Shown one piece after another: positions 27,001-30,800 of a stretch of DNA of 64,000 nt. The notes beneath the pieces are model-generated. The model was not told the DNA's origin. It did not search any database and worked only from the letters and a program-made list of their open reading frames with translations. The translations under genes were made by a program, and so were the position numbers. Every line of letters starts with the position of its first letter. Positions within the stretch are counted from its first letter, which is position 1. Source of the DNA: an uncultured bacterium. GTDB taxonomy: Bacteria; Oederibacteriota; JAAXVQ01; JAUVAV01. The DNA lies in the NCBI GenBank assembly GCA_963710755.1, contig CAVQBK010000003.1:1248001-1312000 (forward strand), written 5' to 3'.

Positions 27001-27668
27001 CCATCACCGCGGTCTATGAGTTGAGTACAGCTTCAGCTTCGGTGGATATGAAGCAGTGGCGGCAATTACTCAAACAAGGTGCAATTAGCGGTACCTCTTT
27101 CTTTGAAATGCGCCAAACGCTGCGAACCCCATCCGCCGGGAATCACATGCTGGCCAAAATGGCCATGAGCCTGAGCACTGGTCTTCTGGCCAATAACTTT
27201 ATCGGCCGGGCTTTGGATCAAGTGGCTGCTAAGCTTGACTTCGAAACCTACATCACCACCTACGCTTCGGCACAGCATTACCAATCGGCGCTAGGTGGGA
27301 TGCTGAAGGATGACAATAGTGGATTGCGCCAACTGCTTAAAACCCATCAGGCCAATGCCAAGCTGACCCAGCGTGAGTTCATTATTGCCTTGATCCGGGT
27401 GCTGCGCGAGCATACAGATGATCGTCTGTTGACCAAGGATGTGATTGACCTCATGACTCATGCTGCGCCAGGCGCCACGACCGTGGCCGGCACGATGGAT
27501 GGTAAGCCCTTCCAGCTGCCCAATCTGCTATGGGCCAGCGGTATGCGCGGCAAGTTGGGGGCCTTTATGGATCATGTGAATGCTTTTGAAGATATGATTA
27601 AACTGGATAACAACATGAACAATGCCATTGAACGGCGCGTCATCCGTTCGGCTGCCGGCTCGGCCTAG
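3..27668 (+). CDS. Giant (>9,221 aa, 5'-truncated) multidomain membrane protein: conserved giant-protein N-domain, LysM, extracytoplasmic barrel/Ig region, coiled-coil, 2x [beta-1,2-glucan glucosyltransferase (GT84/OpgH-like) + glucanase-clan GH domain + M50-like HExxH domain]
   Basis: Uninterrupted 27.7 kb ORF ending in TAG at 27666-27668, followed by a terminator. The frame is open at the window edge, so the true start probably lies upstream. Many hydrophobic TM clusters. Motifs: ISGGFHTEGI..L..RGISY, LysM YTVTQGD..INVIKPGQ, WETKRG/DSD/SHD/RW..GD, TNATNIG, HEASH. Confidence 0.93.
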   Translation: MPMVKYALVLRRLGRQTQADMSAFPNLNVYLEKEKNVFPVAVNVDALYLEMDRLNRLIRESMYTDPRQRQLDQLLHRLDLMEKLLNVSATPAELAEFNADRQNFHVKRFLEFIRTINPDADYLLDAEVSQLDYYLTKVERFYEVADKRSERFVTNLLKDMQAYHQTIAVMISGGFHTEGIAQQLKARGISYVTVMPKVNHQDIVNPYFQLLQNRKTPLEQLLAQNQNLIEIPLNSVGVAPEDRYRTVNEHNIKQVSLDQRPGTIMRLKTFMNLIQLMVNVCLVTYLVGKVKAGSLLSIYEKTKLGDGQAEIPGYLAEFAGLEVDKGALGKETMTQLQQGRPVILPVSGAHFALVVAKKDVIREPANLGQPMPIGENYDFVAVAGTDVQALGQKLSTMTSHSFTLLPQAGLSRQLVNVMMLTTGGGMISAGLSLNQFVQGMTNGQGFLPNINELKQRMQRWTSPFKPAIGQLNQWVLNHLPLMAGLGVVAVGMGLAIFTPMPVVGLTGFVLAGVGMAYYKALLLAVGTLWGNRARYVKAGLAVVVLSIAGAWFSAAQAATSGVYTVTQGDYAGAVAIRLGVAQEQLAKQVPNINVIKPGQQFNFITEKSSQAIQKARAHAQGQITVAQAEQPEAEGALEPTAIKSAAQTDQAEAAAAAAGRTADHGQQPAAQAGKTVPAAPAAAAAPASNQAPTAAAPAETEPAALASQDKRAQTAESEPASAEQAQDQSASAPDQAAPRAEIVQPEEAQPSALMAFVSRVMGSLTQYDILALMLSLIAFGTISSKVSKGFLSRVRAKISLIQGQQLDVEETALINQLVLKNEQRKVVNVRLDDRFGLALLRRPDFRETLKSAAAENLSLPANISVTFTLGKSLPWRYVDQLVKDIEAIFPEQSHFTILYRHGRTNIIYFSNEGSLTENGIAPRDLSNKMQAQARFESKLKAWENFLLHFSHGPTTIFAFLVTVFAGAVFVLPDNTLTHLFAEGTAQAQRVVQLLWSSDWMGLLKSTALTVTAHPGITAAVAMLVGFWYLYRQVPKSMVKTFWTKVVFSTVALIRNLVLLALAIFISFEAVQMHKPHLIQSNQQIQKIEQDYFWKDVFTQGALPKGMEKFMGQEHLHVQQYPAKLQEQAKEVLSWTSDAAVALNANINAALQQRNDNLDKTIWQMSLYLAGQIKDQGYSFLSERAVHYFGFGLVDNGLLRLASDLKGKVMLKRGYETGTPDVYSFLPGTFRGRSLTQEGTWQATNDDGRLSLNGRFTTPEGRQVSSTIGFPGTDQAYVIRQDTYTGTAPVRQPGYQMNLFEAGKSPNFTNSLWIKGMKAPLSAPGHVSPGKSLDITDLIRKNKSTLFIYSFGEALVVNIPNMDQVAQIKLYAPTQEEINSGQTPMTWKRLEIIYKDGAVTHQDGNTVLPKLYTGLLEGNLVSAQDNDAIPDMIQNLVDDWLLMLSNPDHAKYRVWVTGYDEIGVASSLAKAALYFESIGDQEKAALAKDAALRIGAHTYQIYAQTRLHLDNLLETYSVGMYYPMMVTLYYELHQLDPQGGWMEKSIAVADQLVQRQYLHPNSKDIHYGLTTITKANLPVKRTVDGKSLTFQRGPLGQLKTISDDQNNVRFKGDEEGLTILRAMMDQLYMRPHASNITYIEGRQGQQLINQVEVLFLSKKYTFYFIYNNKDQLIEIDSPQAKAAFFGTFKDLENLRLILNGEGEEKTELFNIKSATRPVIDFFKDATGNIFRMHYNELGTLDKVTGPNNTDVTDQFKKDPIIPAYALWPSGESRGDPKGRLSVQGQALKALRVAYQEAMDNGDHNRAGKYLHAADLFIHQGLKVGPDGTFIGYSELDPNSGVLTEVEELHNGFGIAVLAEGYAAWQDVVPKAAEKLEVAFKNLHDTYQTSQGFAKKKGEVADAETTFSADLAWLASRGNPAYLHWAQQLGLSNWGWLIPYIQDRLDFQSKGIDQESLKVKWISQESFKLSWKPVLGASIFQIQEQYWDEENQRWALTEAAKDQPQQLWSGVPEVVIEKPLKGLYRYTITPYRVPDKQQLGPIGGPGLYGGRGQAAVIKVQTQNIKIEPPEGPIIITNTPNGSLVTLDFNGDVVSLSYKKEAFPQVRGWEWEFYDGPYYEGKEPVGVYRTEHDTIHLTQLPFKLEANHQYYARVHGFTGVRGEKGTPDYFGFNGFQLDYKPLTHGQGVVHKPLPSGPIEAFAYDHDTHMLSWQGLAPNYTVITWQGDPNPQAAYFRKNVRTYDVTGSTNNEIELIYPCDHVMIVGSNTSGPFGVTGESSGAIAVDAMDIPPYEGIVLTAKDIEIKGNKVMIKDRVVKALPENAVVRVNLFNPFLEGKSFHSVVLDNLKQEPYFYLSGTEVIDELTATKGNIGLSFTVGLRDDLNDSTLYSSEALSLKITINQQDLQRLMMDPMIKINADQITFDGKTIFFPSVHGMDISRVVVKNALGVPVKDTLVTPGNNVGALPIAGIDLAGSKFFTVEVYAGWHATKKFTVFNRNPAVRRFDLTHQALGAISQQKEQQLLQATNRLIRDGKITVGPLVGHGQQGQAVTLRNAPYDINFRDAFKHASAYKVAVYDNDGKLVDTFNLEKPLDPRIAILSLRGQKVARAAARGPLYLKLCPGYIYQGATVYTSKGVLWPKRVSIDPALIPHLTSREINQALKELKVRVQGNQVFFDLRSGELNTKGYRVELWYGNERKIKDERISYNQAFFFLMGSDIKQAVQEGKLVFRVYAAKKESGIFVAADDQTAHRTIKAVELGLTPDKAKDIPEMTAVLADQLLTKIEVNKIKLTQDNRQIVIPTTLDNGFVKVIIYDKTGRQITDKIIHVAKGEDIKLSQELFQYENNPFSSAFGPLTITLQAGLNEDFLRPELRKALDDNPNLIKWNWNAYFTTQTVRIRVNLSQDGKIKSVKKLPRSQPAVPETENTGYMLSWQPPSWKTLQQMGARTPEDFDGYRLILKTDQGETIKRDIDKDYPYFSLINVLPEGIKYSYEVQVKIRGKAQGDFTAWSSFSPLVAKGPAPVDPNLQGTQPTGWVINAVETTPSEQQQERRKIVDVVITAGGMVVLVPKDSDASDFHFPGYTEAVFKLGEEVYPIGRTQKLSKPSAAKQGLHGQEVFASDDGRLRYLVNHVALPEKNVVVNHYAWENPDQQGPIEMNIGARPANSAGKAQAGKVTVGDKTYVVILFGNGQFMAVDEATVVQRGWYVGNEMQAALNDDKKANRNEHYTGHGEGSVFFISLPKGEDFSVYSGLAKTMDQAGQLVEKATAYYQNFQDLQQSFRTHGPTLGNLQTMAQRTVPAFINPQNYHVGELPLSWTGGDLPNINHADNMWTGNASEMQMMLWQLYQLYGNIRLGDYTVEELLANNAKVITQMQTPTGLFYLRLSRGMRLYKNDEGGQVADNSLSLIIMNDQDVLRMLQGYEPLPVASIGGIELAVDGRKVHPNDASQYGFNYKEPDSFKPDQPVMTIQRFFDLRSGSGQHRVTEKATLINGIRGVKQAIEVTNTSEKPIRLTKMKTGYVDLAADQSVTFNPQKLAGIPQSPNMMIIPGYDKPIYAQDLLNEGRAKQLQGDDLVKYVNDRINDLIKQAGAKNLVFAGWDEFITMRFGELKPNQRLEVGVGISPLRANQRVNEFLTARVVTDIPEDQQELQPGQTWEGDPVTYAHFFNPVSVVDAKGMPVEIYLVHEWEKRMEILEDPHATEAQKKEVLDAIAFDTNYGFAADALAMGATSDFYKNMAENAKDPQKKKEYLDQARFYGDRVMLAAMAAKQAYWTALFNKNTVLSAGIMRFYGYHFWLFQWMDQYANSELGQGAVGRILEDKFVNPHAKEWFKQLKQEGQWPKQIKDHLELKLDELARYVHNHGEVGREKVYDVIKNRTYEDSWKGWAYFISDMIVALEETRENAVEGGARQNEGPSEVQLDDQGVKVAVVAQAYAMAKNDSNPANFDTNRKRMAEYKAFAERAISKWFHIVEKGDVGQLWGFRNLVAPQHFDNQLTTYGQVNAMRGLVMTSIIFGDEMPRAKKLLDLAFENLFERHKGATETTIFRTLGLTIFDNLQLPTNGHDTNSENLPIGMQMMLIHAAHQAGMDLDPNNPLQFNRETGKPFLAGLPQVDNYPDSFWVALGGLAFILMGFGGGAVAWNYLNRRKADKRIEEDQPIAKVDGKSLTDLTYDDFKAFLPAEVLDTWLNPQAVPTNQLNDPRSLPQFLNWKRSNQIFDPRQALLLLAERLESEQKGKENLRLKTLLGNLGGIKMPAHMRGLQWDKNMLVSSGKASRATVAAVYRAAGAVLANYLGDQADDQSVRRLLAEIDALLQKTQIHKEQTKAAGAVTQANGLEKQPPTMLNQGQQLEKTFDITSPVIQSIQARLDQVQTQPLTQRGWFHWLMGQQQKAIKKWLATMLSSPPFNFRPFLMVPFLPWRLEQSYTMPGQHYMIIMKTLERRIKYLTKIYDYLAGVYKVNRQIKALHKQHDRLEDIFYQAGRQPDVNQTRLMQLNQELTLKKKEIEIAEALRDEIQKTIQDQVSTPLVRFMETLPEDTKWATRIEGNLSRTIKDYEKDQVLIDRKIAQAQPETLTQTILGWLKLTEVFKRAQKEANAKNATSFKARFLNSLLAAPYANKEAVALLERAELTATALLPYLVRQLLEVEKSYQDRLKTLQDQISELSEKNKDVRELDTMSMQVRLLETYLLPKIHQQLEKNYADYQKEKDTLTEKLATASTAEERTALQSELDALKIILDAFPRLGAFHLAMDQDLAAHLAELDKQLKNTQRNFTTFDIDEQTLYQLNEHYTLLNTLGAKIKDIKGRRDQLVAAAETLNMPVSNFTLGHRLGSNVIGKAREKMEFLFQQIENYDGVLKDIDDARAATKKRLSQIKAFTQSRLYYLTMMTDGVLSDAYDITNFWRDNQLQTDNAVARDYFENAILRSLDPDEMIKALNINIKKGLKESDGEFKKRVAATIAKTAEEMDHQQRIEVVKSYLNRLNDSQIRDLIRNILYDNNLYEDNTIGSGSLTKLKDVDRFHKNTNIFLKYFPDPDYSAVPDQGLRQAVNYLADNMRIDLKDLLPDYFLPSLRSFSYVWGVRLIQFGMTVGIMASFSLVFADPDTYYRLVETMTNIPGLIDYINHLLTWLLESVGLGGSFLFAGLVTPGKIEKQNIRGSMWRYSAFGAFLVLMAFYLNAATGVSMGGVVFFLVHVLVGGTLLFHTLWAPSHKLYTFILQLFGVRPEAPAQYSLDELRNEVDAYYQKHGQPLNLIFLKPKFGSDPSDYQEYINFLKRDVAFMADSLRYLPHLHVTLSSPSLAPGHGLEAFQKAALASFQNYIKSTYPDIADQLHIAYFPVNRVWSSKPGQLERFEVFLSDLYTTYGTRLKKGLYGNSGLTIGGKQFAQVGGDNLLLLVGGPGKVKNVTQQDKIIETNQDLLDAIHNGDRLEPVDKEAWEQWVYDPMRVVANSDDKNSWGLTGEMGLQGSTMLSYLRVMFKNPNIYMALPTIYVTKPTMKSKTYSSPWLYIADLARTYNTISEVVMMWIYKGAYGHYGKSMLQPGQHARTIYKSEHLHPDKQTSHDYQEAIAMMKARVIIGSVLSKLRVTILNAKSYLFSHRLGDRKHVYKLQREGMTLRIWEHNPGSPTQTVQSDGQILAKSADGFVPTMAFKDVLAKVILTAAAERKLLNEDPDVVQGQEWSIQSIAPLGNEDHYEIVVRMGEGEEAKEAKFQFLFDANGGVSLTSNNMMSKPAWFSPQDMRKYMDIIIRHAVMSNIEDKGSVGERDLRMPISFFLRDGRWVVGDWQMLLTEGPYDKYLSPRELFHYVLLKRRLYLDAVFLIFSMYFLTIALTGYMTLSNFGLATTILIITNVAIIGVDKLFLPFGESLKDYRKIIWDEPTLRGRFIQFLKQGGFLVKLTFNTLNFGVRVTLYTTLVSLMNLWIMGFVVAKVIKAGREGAKIEWKGLDNATLAQMEFKMLFPAFLNRFFEGKLVKSHYNTFTRPWRVGLAAVAILAGAGYVGLILTGTLYTGIGIMILSWLVAPLVMYIASQGKEGKWREKLYFPFLLGYMALFIGVLGPYYQWEPLLRVVLSLYSLFVTFFIFEFTPMLPKRIKTAGQNLKQSSKGQIWLAMAMTALIAGGVVYQEDLKQWTSTIPARTQRVIDEAKYILHSQVPWLPIDFAKGTSITPTTAEGGQAPQGKEEKKQSTAAPVQGNRLLQPKNKEEKPAVNPSATIPNTDEGGKAPQGKEKKPSTVAAPAQSNLQPQSKTRKEQPAVDLSATILNGSMAFTNNKLQVQQVDIEHWRKDQAIPDKEAFFKNYLKLLHMYGQSSVTGKNAGDLAFWAAKTSRGEMTFEQIEYNELPPAKAAVEVDETSVPAATHSSKPLFSAGMDAAAKKAYVKKLLQAYLHERVKFRDPNKDYPLDYPAKTDETNATNIGFDLVQTVVAQQINGEIKQKEALTHLRKVLRHLLKEPQTSGFFPNHLSLKGQTPVPDNPQALSDSNKIIPGLIMVWHAYKGTEVGKMAYQLLNRIDWSKLYDASHNALRFMFDVKTGQWSGGPRVWLGSDLRLPYIIGTAIGQLPMKSLDLISGRPDTKPGEIRETKQFGLFMPMMDGLFLSVAEKGTIVEKWAADQAWAQFEHAAERGAPLTFNSSSINPNNYSYNANFTGAGINIVSPHAVALASRFYPNVATEEFERMDAMGMRGQFGFSDAIDVTTGKMAGEDRAVGGPNNAMTYLSLTNLFAGGQVVSQYFTNALSDYMQDQGPKAKYPVAQDARSFYRQVPFYRNKTDQFALYRQRDQQGLNKIPPVPQRLLKGNRLLWNANVVPAAIAAVLGLAGLFFTGYLDSTVMGSTIGAGAIAFLSAIGLHEASHRLWTPGGRLVWDRQGLQVMPPRGAAVTRAQALAGPIGSLIIGASFALALALLTPFSSAALAVGLTFVAVNMWSLIPGIPGDAQMIWGKNASDKQLETKEDGSKIIDKLLGKGKIYLWTTFALAIVLYIIIYPQLVDWSKTQVIMGLTNVIVIFTMNFFLINKTIARLLHLTRGSRTLKAMDYSSGIPEDQKTAAYYPILFKNPSDLKFFNNTLKLSIQNNRDPNIQWVILSTSPKNIQAEEEKAIAALKKELGINNLSYIHRSSKVNNWETKRGGYMHFMNWLHQGAPENGVIQKVQRFPAMPAGEVFDQIISDLNGLKTVTNMVMGDSDSYWPTDSIKNLVARIVEPENQDYVIFQGRVLGRNQDESFLARLYNEIQIIIQGQNEFWTQFEEIFWGGHGAGWEINKFLDSMAGNMNNGFTSHDYVESLFARTAWIPDVVSYEDITPNLELLLKQVKRYWQGDKLTGVFYKTLIPQETGELKRSPLTVIQRVTLASSVHSMWVLPLLLLVYIMTSAQMVFLGISIWYLNLHIALFFLLFTVASKDISMILKGIRVLPVLLLVVPIVMFLMPYAATVDLLKQAVSKIFKIKFGDFNWVPQGSLNRSQDYQKILPFVVTATLLGLTGIWFLPLGISVFLFGPLLLAPLTSWWLAQSPEIISFENIINYFDRKQVMQRIPKIAAMALLVLALVTVISLATSSSAQGQASFDGNSSRGTPTLVKPDSDLARQIVTQSSSLSRGKLKVEAGDVNYWLDDRTITDKAAFFNAYLNLLKMYGQSSVTGKKAGDLAYWATRISNRQTTLAEAQKDFPAGAIASNAVQADVNALAQRVVMESQSLTKGKLKVEAGDVNYWLVDRTITDKAAFFNAYLNLLKMYGQSSVTGKKAGDLAYWATRISNRQTTLAEAQKDFPAGAIASNAVQADVNALAQRVVMESQSLTKGKLKVEAGDVNYWLVDRTITDKAAFFNAYLNLLKMYGQSSVTGKKAGDLAFWAARISKGQAGWEEISRDFLPQDNAAATKAQPASADTFHFQRLFSAGMTASDKKSYYITLLEAYWEERVTHRDQEKDYPLDYPDKTEETNATNIGFDLVQTVVADRINGDIKEKEALAHLRKVLSNLLKEPQTSGFFPNHLSLKGKTPVPDNPQALSDSNKIIPGLIMVWHAYPKTEVGKMARQLLSRIDWSKLYDQPNHALRFMFDMKTGQWSGGPGVWLGSDVRLPYIIGAAIGQLPMEALDLIGGRPDTKPDEPRETQQFGLFMPMMDGLFLANAEKGTMVEQWAADQAWSQFEHGVERGYALTFNSSSINPNDYSYNANFTGPGASIISPHAIALASRFYPEIATEQFKRMDAMGMRHYGYRDAIDVVTGNMAREDRAVGGPNNGMTYLSLTNLKAGKQVVADYFDQALTHLMNDQRGKAKYPVAADARAFYHEVPVYQNPQNRAGVYRQRDQQGMTQIPPIPQRLLKGNRLLWESNVIPAAVATILGLAGLFFAGYLDSTVMGSTIGAAVMAFLSAMGLHEASHRLWTPGGRLVWDRQGLLVMPPRGAAVTRAQALAGPIGSLIIGASVALALALLTPFSSAALAVGLTFVAVNMWSLIPGVQGDAQIIWGQSKQPALLKLEAPVAAAEKTSGVMQEISRMRTWFNQPLRTNPTMTGMLRGLIALGLPAVLYPLASAIQMTAGYLQTDPVGLAVVLTAITGLVLAGLKGLLTAVLRRGPGRQLDADQVGQLKQLAGFAPEYRGLTFITKSQKAQATGNDVIIPDIVAGILIDTIAAQGPQTVINRLKARLAYYIFKSVVNDAMLQWTKRTSLEKQNLSWIDRLAMPFETLALRAGNPLFTGMMAAAAMAATIMIAGLLGLPVLGITIIVGLAAATMAWAFATITTSSFDYSDPKSGAGTLTEAGLAMLRANEQKYSNNKQRVALDPVDLLGAVVQANEAVATQLGQKAEPNLGETLVQRLNEMVRTGFGRNLLSLINELRMGKAESLRQRLLQTLAKEWQGQSGMTAAAYENAALALVQTKSSQAMVAKSEATPPVNQVVYLFNSPQLIAALLENTRQLLTQAHQQEVRGSTVESLTAVAESLTALKAMSEQHQPGELMTLSDDPAMVQALMPYIRGYAQQADTGSMLNLGEDFEEKTSVVLGEHQTYTLQLASGQDVAMPITAVYELSTASASVDMKQWRQLLKQGAISGTSFFEMRQTLRTPSAGNHMLAKMAMSLSTGLLANNFIGRALDQVAAKLDFETYITTYASAQHYQSALGGMLKDDNSGLRQLLKTHQANAKLTQREFIIALIRVLREHTDDRLLTKDVIDLMTHAAPGATTVAGTMDGKPFQLPNLLWASGMRGKLGAFMDHVNAFEDMIKLDNNMNNAIERRVIRSAAGSA
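1686..1815 (+). other. LysM domain within giant protein
   Basis: VYTVTQGDYAGAVAIRLGVAQEQLAKQVPNINVIKPGQQF matches the LysM pattern YtV..GDtl..IA..yg.....L...N....i.pGq.l. It follows a signal-peptide-like segment ending AQA and precedes an A/Q/P/E-rich linker. Confidence 0.8.
15700..17350 (+). other. GT2-fold beta-glucan glucosyltransferase domain 1 (OpgH/Cgs-like) within giant protein
   Basis: Ordered motifs SSKPGQL, NSDD, GHYGK, SHDYQEA, RDGRWVVGDWQ. Compare Cgs SHDLLEG...RxxRWxRGDWQ and OpgH SHDFVEA...RDRRW. Flanked by TM helices, with an insertion of about 190 aa between the SHD and RW motifs. Confidence 0.7.
18489..18770 (+). repeat. Two-copy ~141 bp (47 aa) tandem repeat in a low-complexity linker
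   Basis: TAEGGQAPQGKEEKKQSTAAPVQGN...PAVNPSATIPN and TDEGGKAPQGKEKKPSTVAAPAQSN...PAVDLSATILN; the similarity is also visible at DNA level. Confidence 0.85.
19074..20797 (+). repeat. Copy A of ~1.7 kb intragenic duplication (glucanase-clan domain + M50-like domain)
   Basis: LFSAGM...TNATNIGFDLVQTVVA...HEASH...GDAQMIWG recurs about 4.55 kb downstream. Confidence 0.92.
21060..21930 (+). other. Cgs/NdvB (GT84)-like glucosyltransferase domain 2 within giant protein
   Basis: LKAMDYSSGIPEDQKTAAYYP, NRDPNIQWVILS, WETKRGG, GDSDSYWP, IFQGRV, SHDYVES, YED..., KRYWQGD. These follow the order of the Cgs motifs LPRLDF..GIP...T.VVVP, N.D.NL.FALLSD, WERKRGK, LDADT, ILQPRV, SHDLLEG, EDFP, RW.RGD. Confidence 0.8.
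22748..23510 (+). repeat. Near-identical 300 bp (100 aa) tandem repeat, ~2.5 copies, DUF4214-like helical unit
   Basis: gggtaagctgaaagttgaagctggagatgttaattattgg starts at 22751, 23051 and 23351; the copies are almost base-identical. Unit: GKLKVEAGDVNYWL.DRTITDKAAFFNAYLNLLKMYGQSSVTGKKAGDLAYW... Confidence 0.95.
23632..25352 (+). repeat. Copy B of ~1.7 kb intragenic duplication (glucanase-clan domain + M50-like domain)
   Basis: Homologous to 19074-20797, with several patches nearly identical at DNA level. Confidence 0.92.
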
Positions 27669-27690
27669 CCGTCAGCATAAGCCGGGGAGG

Positions 27691-27723
27691 AAAGGGCGGC
27701 CAAGGCTGGCCGCCCTTTTTTTA
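27691..27723 (+). terminator. Intrinsic terminator after giant gene
   Basis: aaagggcggcca-aggc-tggccgcccttt followed by a T run. Confidence 0.9.
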
Positions 27724-27824
27724 TTTCCCCCACACCTCTTACAAACCATATCTTATGACGTGAAAAAATATTAGAATGTAAGAAACCGGATTCAAGAACC
27801 GTCTAATTAATAGAAAAGACCTTA

Positions 27825-30800
27825 ATGATGGGATGTTGTATGAAGGTATCTTATAACCACCGTTTCTTTCCAACCATGATCCTCCTATTAGTTACCTTGG
27901 TATTTATTGTGATAGGCATTGCCTCGGCTGATTATGATAAACGGGTTATCTGCGGCCGCGACAGTGGCGGACCTTATACGGATGTATACGGCTACCGCTG
28001 GGAACAGGATCAAGCTTATATTCCAGGAGACTTCGGCTTTACCAAACCAGGTACCATAGGGGTTTATTATGGCGGGGTTATTGAGAATACCGTCAATTGG
28101 ATACCATACCGGTATGAACGCTGGAATGATCCTGAGTACCAATTTGATGTTCCCGGACCGGGAACTTATTATGTGAAACTGCTTTATGCGGAAAAATGGT
28201 TTGGCTTGCCCCTAGATGCCGGCTTTGGCGGCGGCGGTGTAGGCAGCCGGGTATTTGATGTGCTGATCAACGACACGATGGTACAGCAGGATTTTGATAT
28301 TCTGCTGGATACGGGCGAGCGCGGCGCGCGGGCCGTGGTGATGACCTATCCGGTGGTAATCCCCAGCGGCGGGCCTTATGCCATCAAGATCACCATCGCC
28401 AGCGCTGATCAAGGCGGCAAACTGGATGCTATTGAGATTGCCGACCATCCTACTCTGACCGCGGTCATGGATAATTATAGGCCTGCTAGCATGACTCATG
28501 AAGAAGTCTATCGTTTAAACTGCGGCGGCGGCCAGGTCCTGGACAGCCAGCAACAATTGTGGATGCCCGATGAACCTTTTGCCATGGTCCAGCGCTGGGG
28601 GTTTGCAGGCGGTCGGGAAGCCGTCAAGCCAAGTTATGATATTAACCTGTTGGGTGTGCTGGATACTTGGCGTGCCGGCGATGACCAGATGAGCTACCGT
28701 CTGCATATCCCTAACGGACGCTACCAGGTGGTGCTGCTATTCTCAGAGCATGAAGCCCAGTCGCCGGGGCAGCGCGTTTTTGATGTACTGGTCAACGGTC
28801 AGACGGTGGGCAACCAGCTTGACATCTTTAAGGAGGCAGGGGCAGCCACACTTTTGGAAAAGGAAACCACGCTTACGGTCAGTGATGAAAAAGTTGATAT
28901 CCGTTTTGCCAACATCACCGCTGGTGAAGCGATGATCAATGGCATTGAGTTGCATGTATTGGATGTGACGGACAATGACTTTTTGGATTTTGTGGAAAAA
29001 AGAAGTCTGGATTATTTTCGCATGACCGACGGACCCTTTGCCACGGTCAATGCCAACAATGGTCTGACCCTGGACCGGCAACATAATTTTTTCGGAGACC
29101 ATCAGTGGGGCGCGGCCAGTATTGCGGCCACAGGTTTTGCCCTGGCCGCCATTTGTGCCGGGGCTGAACGGGGCTGGCTGGATAAGGCCCAGGTGGAGCA
29201 GCAGGCCGCCACCACCATCACTTATTTCAATAGCGCCTCTGATTACCAGGATGAGACCCAGGATGAAGTCACTCAGAAAGAGGGCTTCTTTTTCCATTTC
29301 CTGGATATGAACACAGGGAAACGGGTCAGTACCTGTGAATTGTCCTCCATTGACAGCACCTTACTTTTTGCAGGCATGCTCGCAGCTGCTGATTATTTCA
29401 AAAATACCGCTTTGGACAGTCAAGCGCAGGCCCTGTTGCAACGCGCCAACTGGACCTGGTTTGCACAATCCAGCTCATTGGGATTTTGTGCCATGGCTTG
29501 GCGGCCGGAGAGCGGTGCCTTTGAAAGTCAATGGAGCCGGTACAATGAAGGGGTGTTGTTGAATATCATCGGTATGGGGGCCTCCAATAATGCCCTGTCC
29601 ACGGCGGCATGGTATTACATGGATCGTTATTGGGTTAAGGCCGAGGGTTTTGATTATATGATCGAGGATCCGGTGGAGCCAACACCAATGTTTACCCATC
29701 TTTACCCGCAATGTTATTTGCGTTTATCCAACCTTCAGGACGACAAGAACAACTATTTTAAGAACAATGCCCTGGTGGTGGATGTGGACAAGGCTTATTG
29801 CCAAAGCCACAGTGATCAAACCTATCAAGCTGGCGGGTGGGGTTTGACAGCCTCCGATTCACCCAAAAAAGTGTATAGTTATGCGGTTTATCGAACCAAG
29901 GATGGGGAGAACGACGGCACGGTCAATCCCTGCATGGTGGCCGGGGCTATTCCTTTTGCACCTCAGCAGACTATTGCCGATTTAAGACGGCTCTATTTTG
30001 ATTACAAGCATTTTATATGGGGCCGGTTTGGGTTCAGTAACAGTTACAATCTGGATGCACCCAAACTGGTCTCTGATGAAAAAAGCGGTGTGGGCTGGGT
30101 GGCGGCTGATATTATCGGTATTGACCAGGGTGCCTTAGTTGCGGGTATAGAAAATTATCGTACTGGATTCGTATGGGATCATTTTATGGCTCAGCCCAGC
30201 GTGAAACAGGGAATGGCCCGGGTGGGCATGGGAAGTTTATTAATCGATGATTTCGATAATGATGGTTTTTATCAGGATCAACCGTTGAGCCGAGACGCCA
30301 ATTGGTGGAGTACTGCACCAAGCCAATGCAGCCTGAGTGTGGTTACAGACCAACCCGGCAATTCTACGGCCTGTCTTAAAATTGACTATATATTCCAAAC
30401 CGGACAAACAGGATTGGATTTTGGCATGGCCAATCTCAGCCAGCCGGCTAACATGAGTTATTTTCAAGACCAAAGCAGTTTAACCTTTGCTTTCAAGGGC
30501 ACGGTGACCATGCAGTTGCGTTTTGAAGATAAAAAAGGTCAAGTTTCTTCCTGGTCATCACCTTTTAGTTTGTCATCGGATCAATGGCAGGAAGAAAATT
30601 GGGATTATAATAACCTTAATTGGCTTAATTGTGATAATAAACAAATTGAAAAAATAACTTTTCATATCATTTCTGTACCGAATAACGCCAATCCAGGTAT
30701 TTTTTACCTAGATTCCATCAGGTTGGGAGGATCAGCTGTCCCAGTTATAGTCACCTCGGAAATCCTGGATAAGTTAAAGTCCGATGATGTGCTCCTTTAT

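Noticed and set aside
3-27668. Giant ORF as NRPS/PKS, RTX adhesin or an artefact of stop-codon recoding
   Set aside because: No A/C/KS/ACP or GGxGxD motifs; the ORF is open under the standard code, and neighbouring genes end in TAA, TAG and TGA normally.
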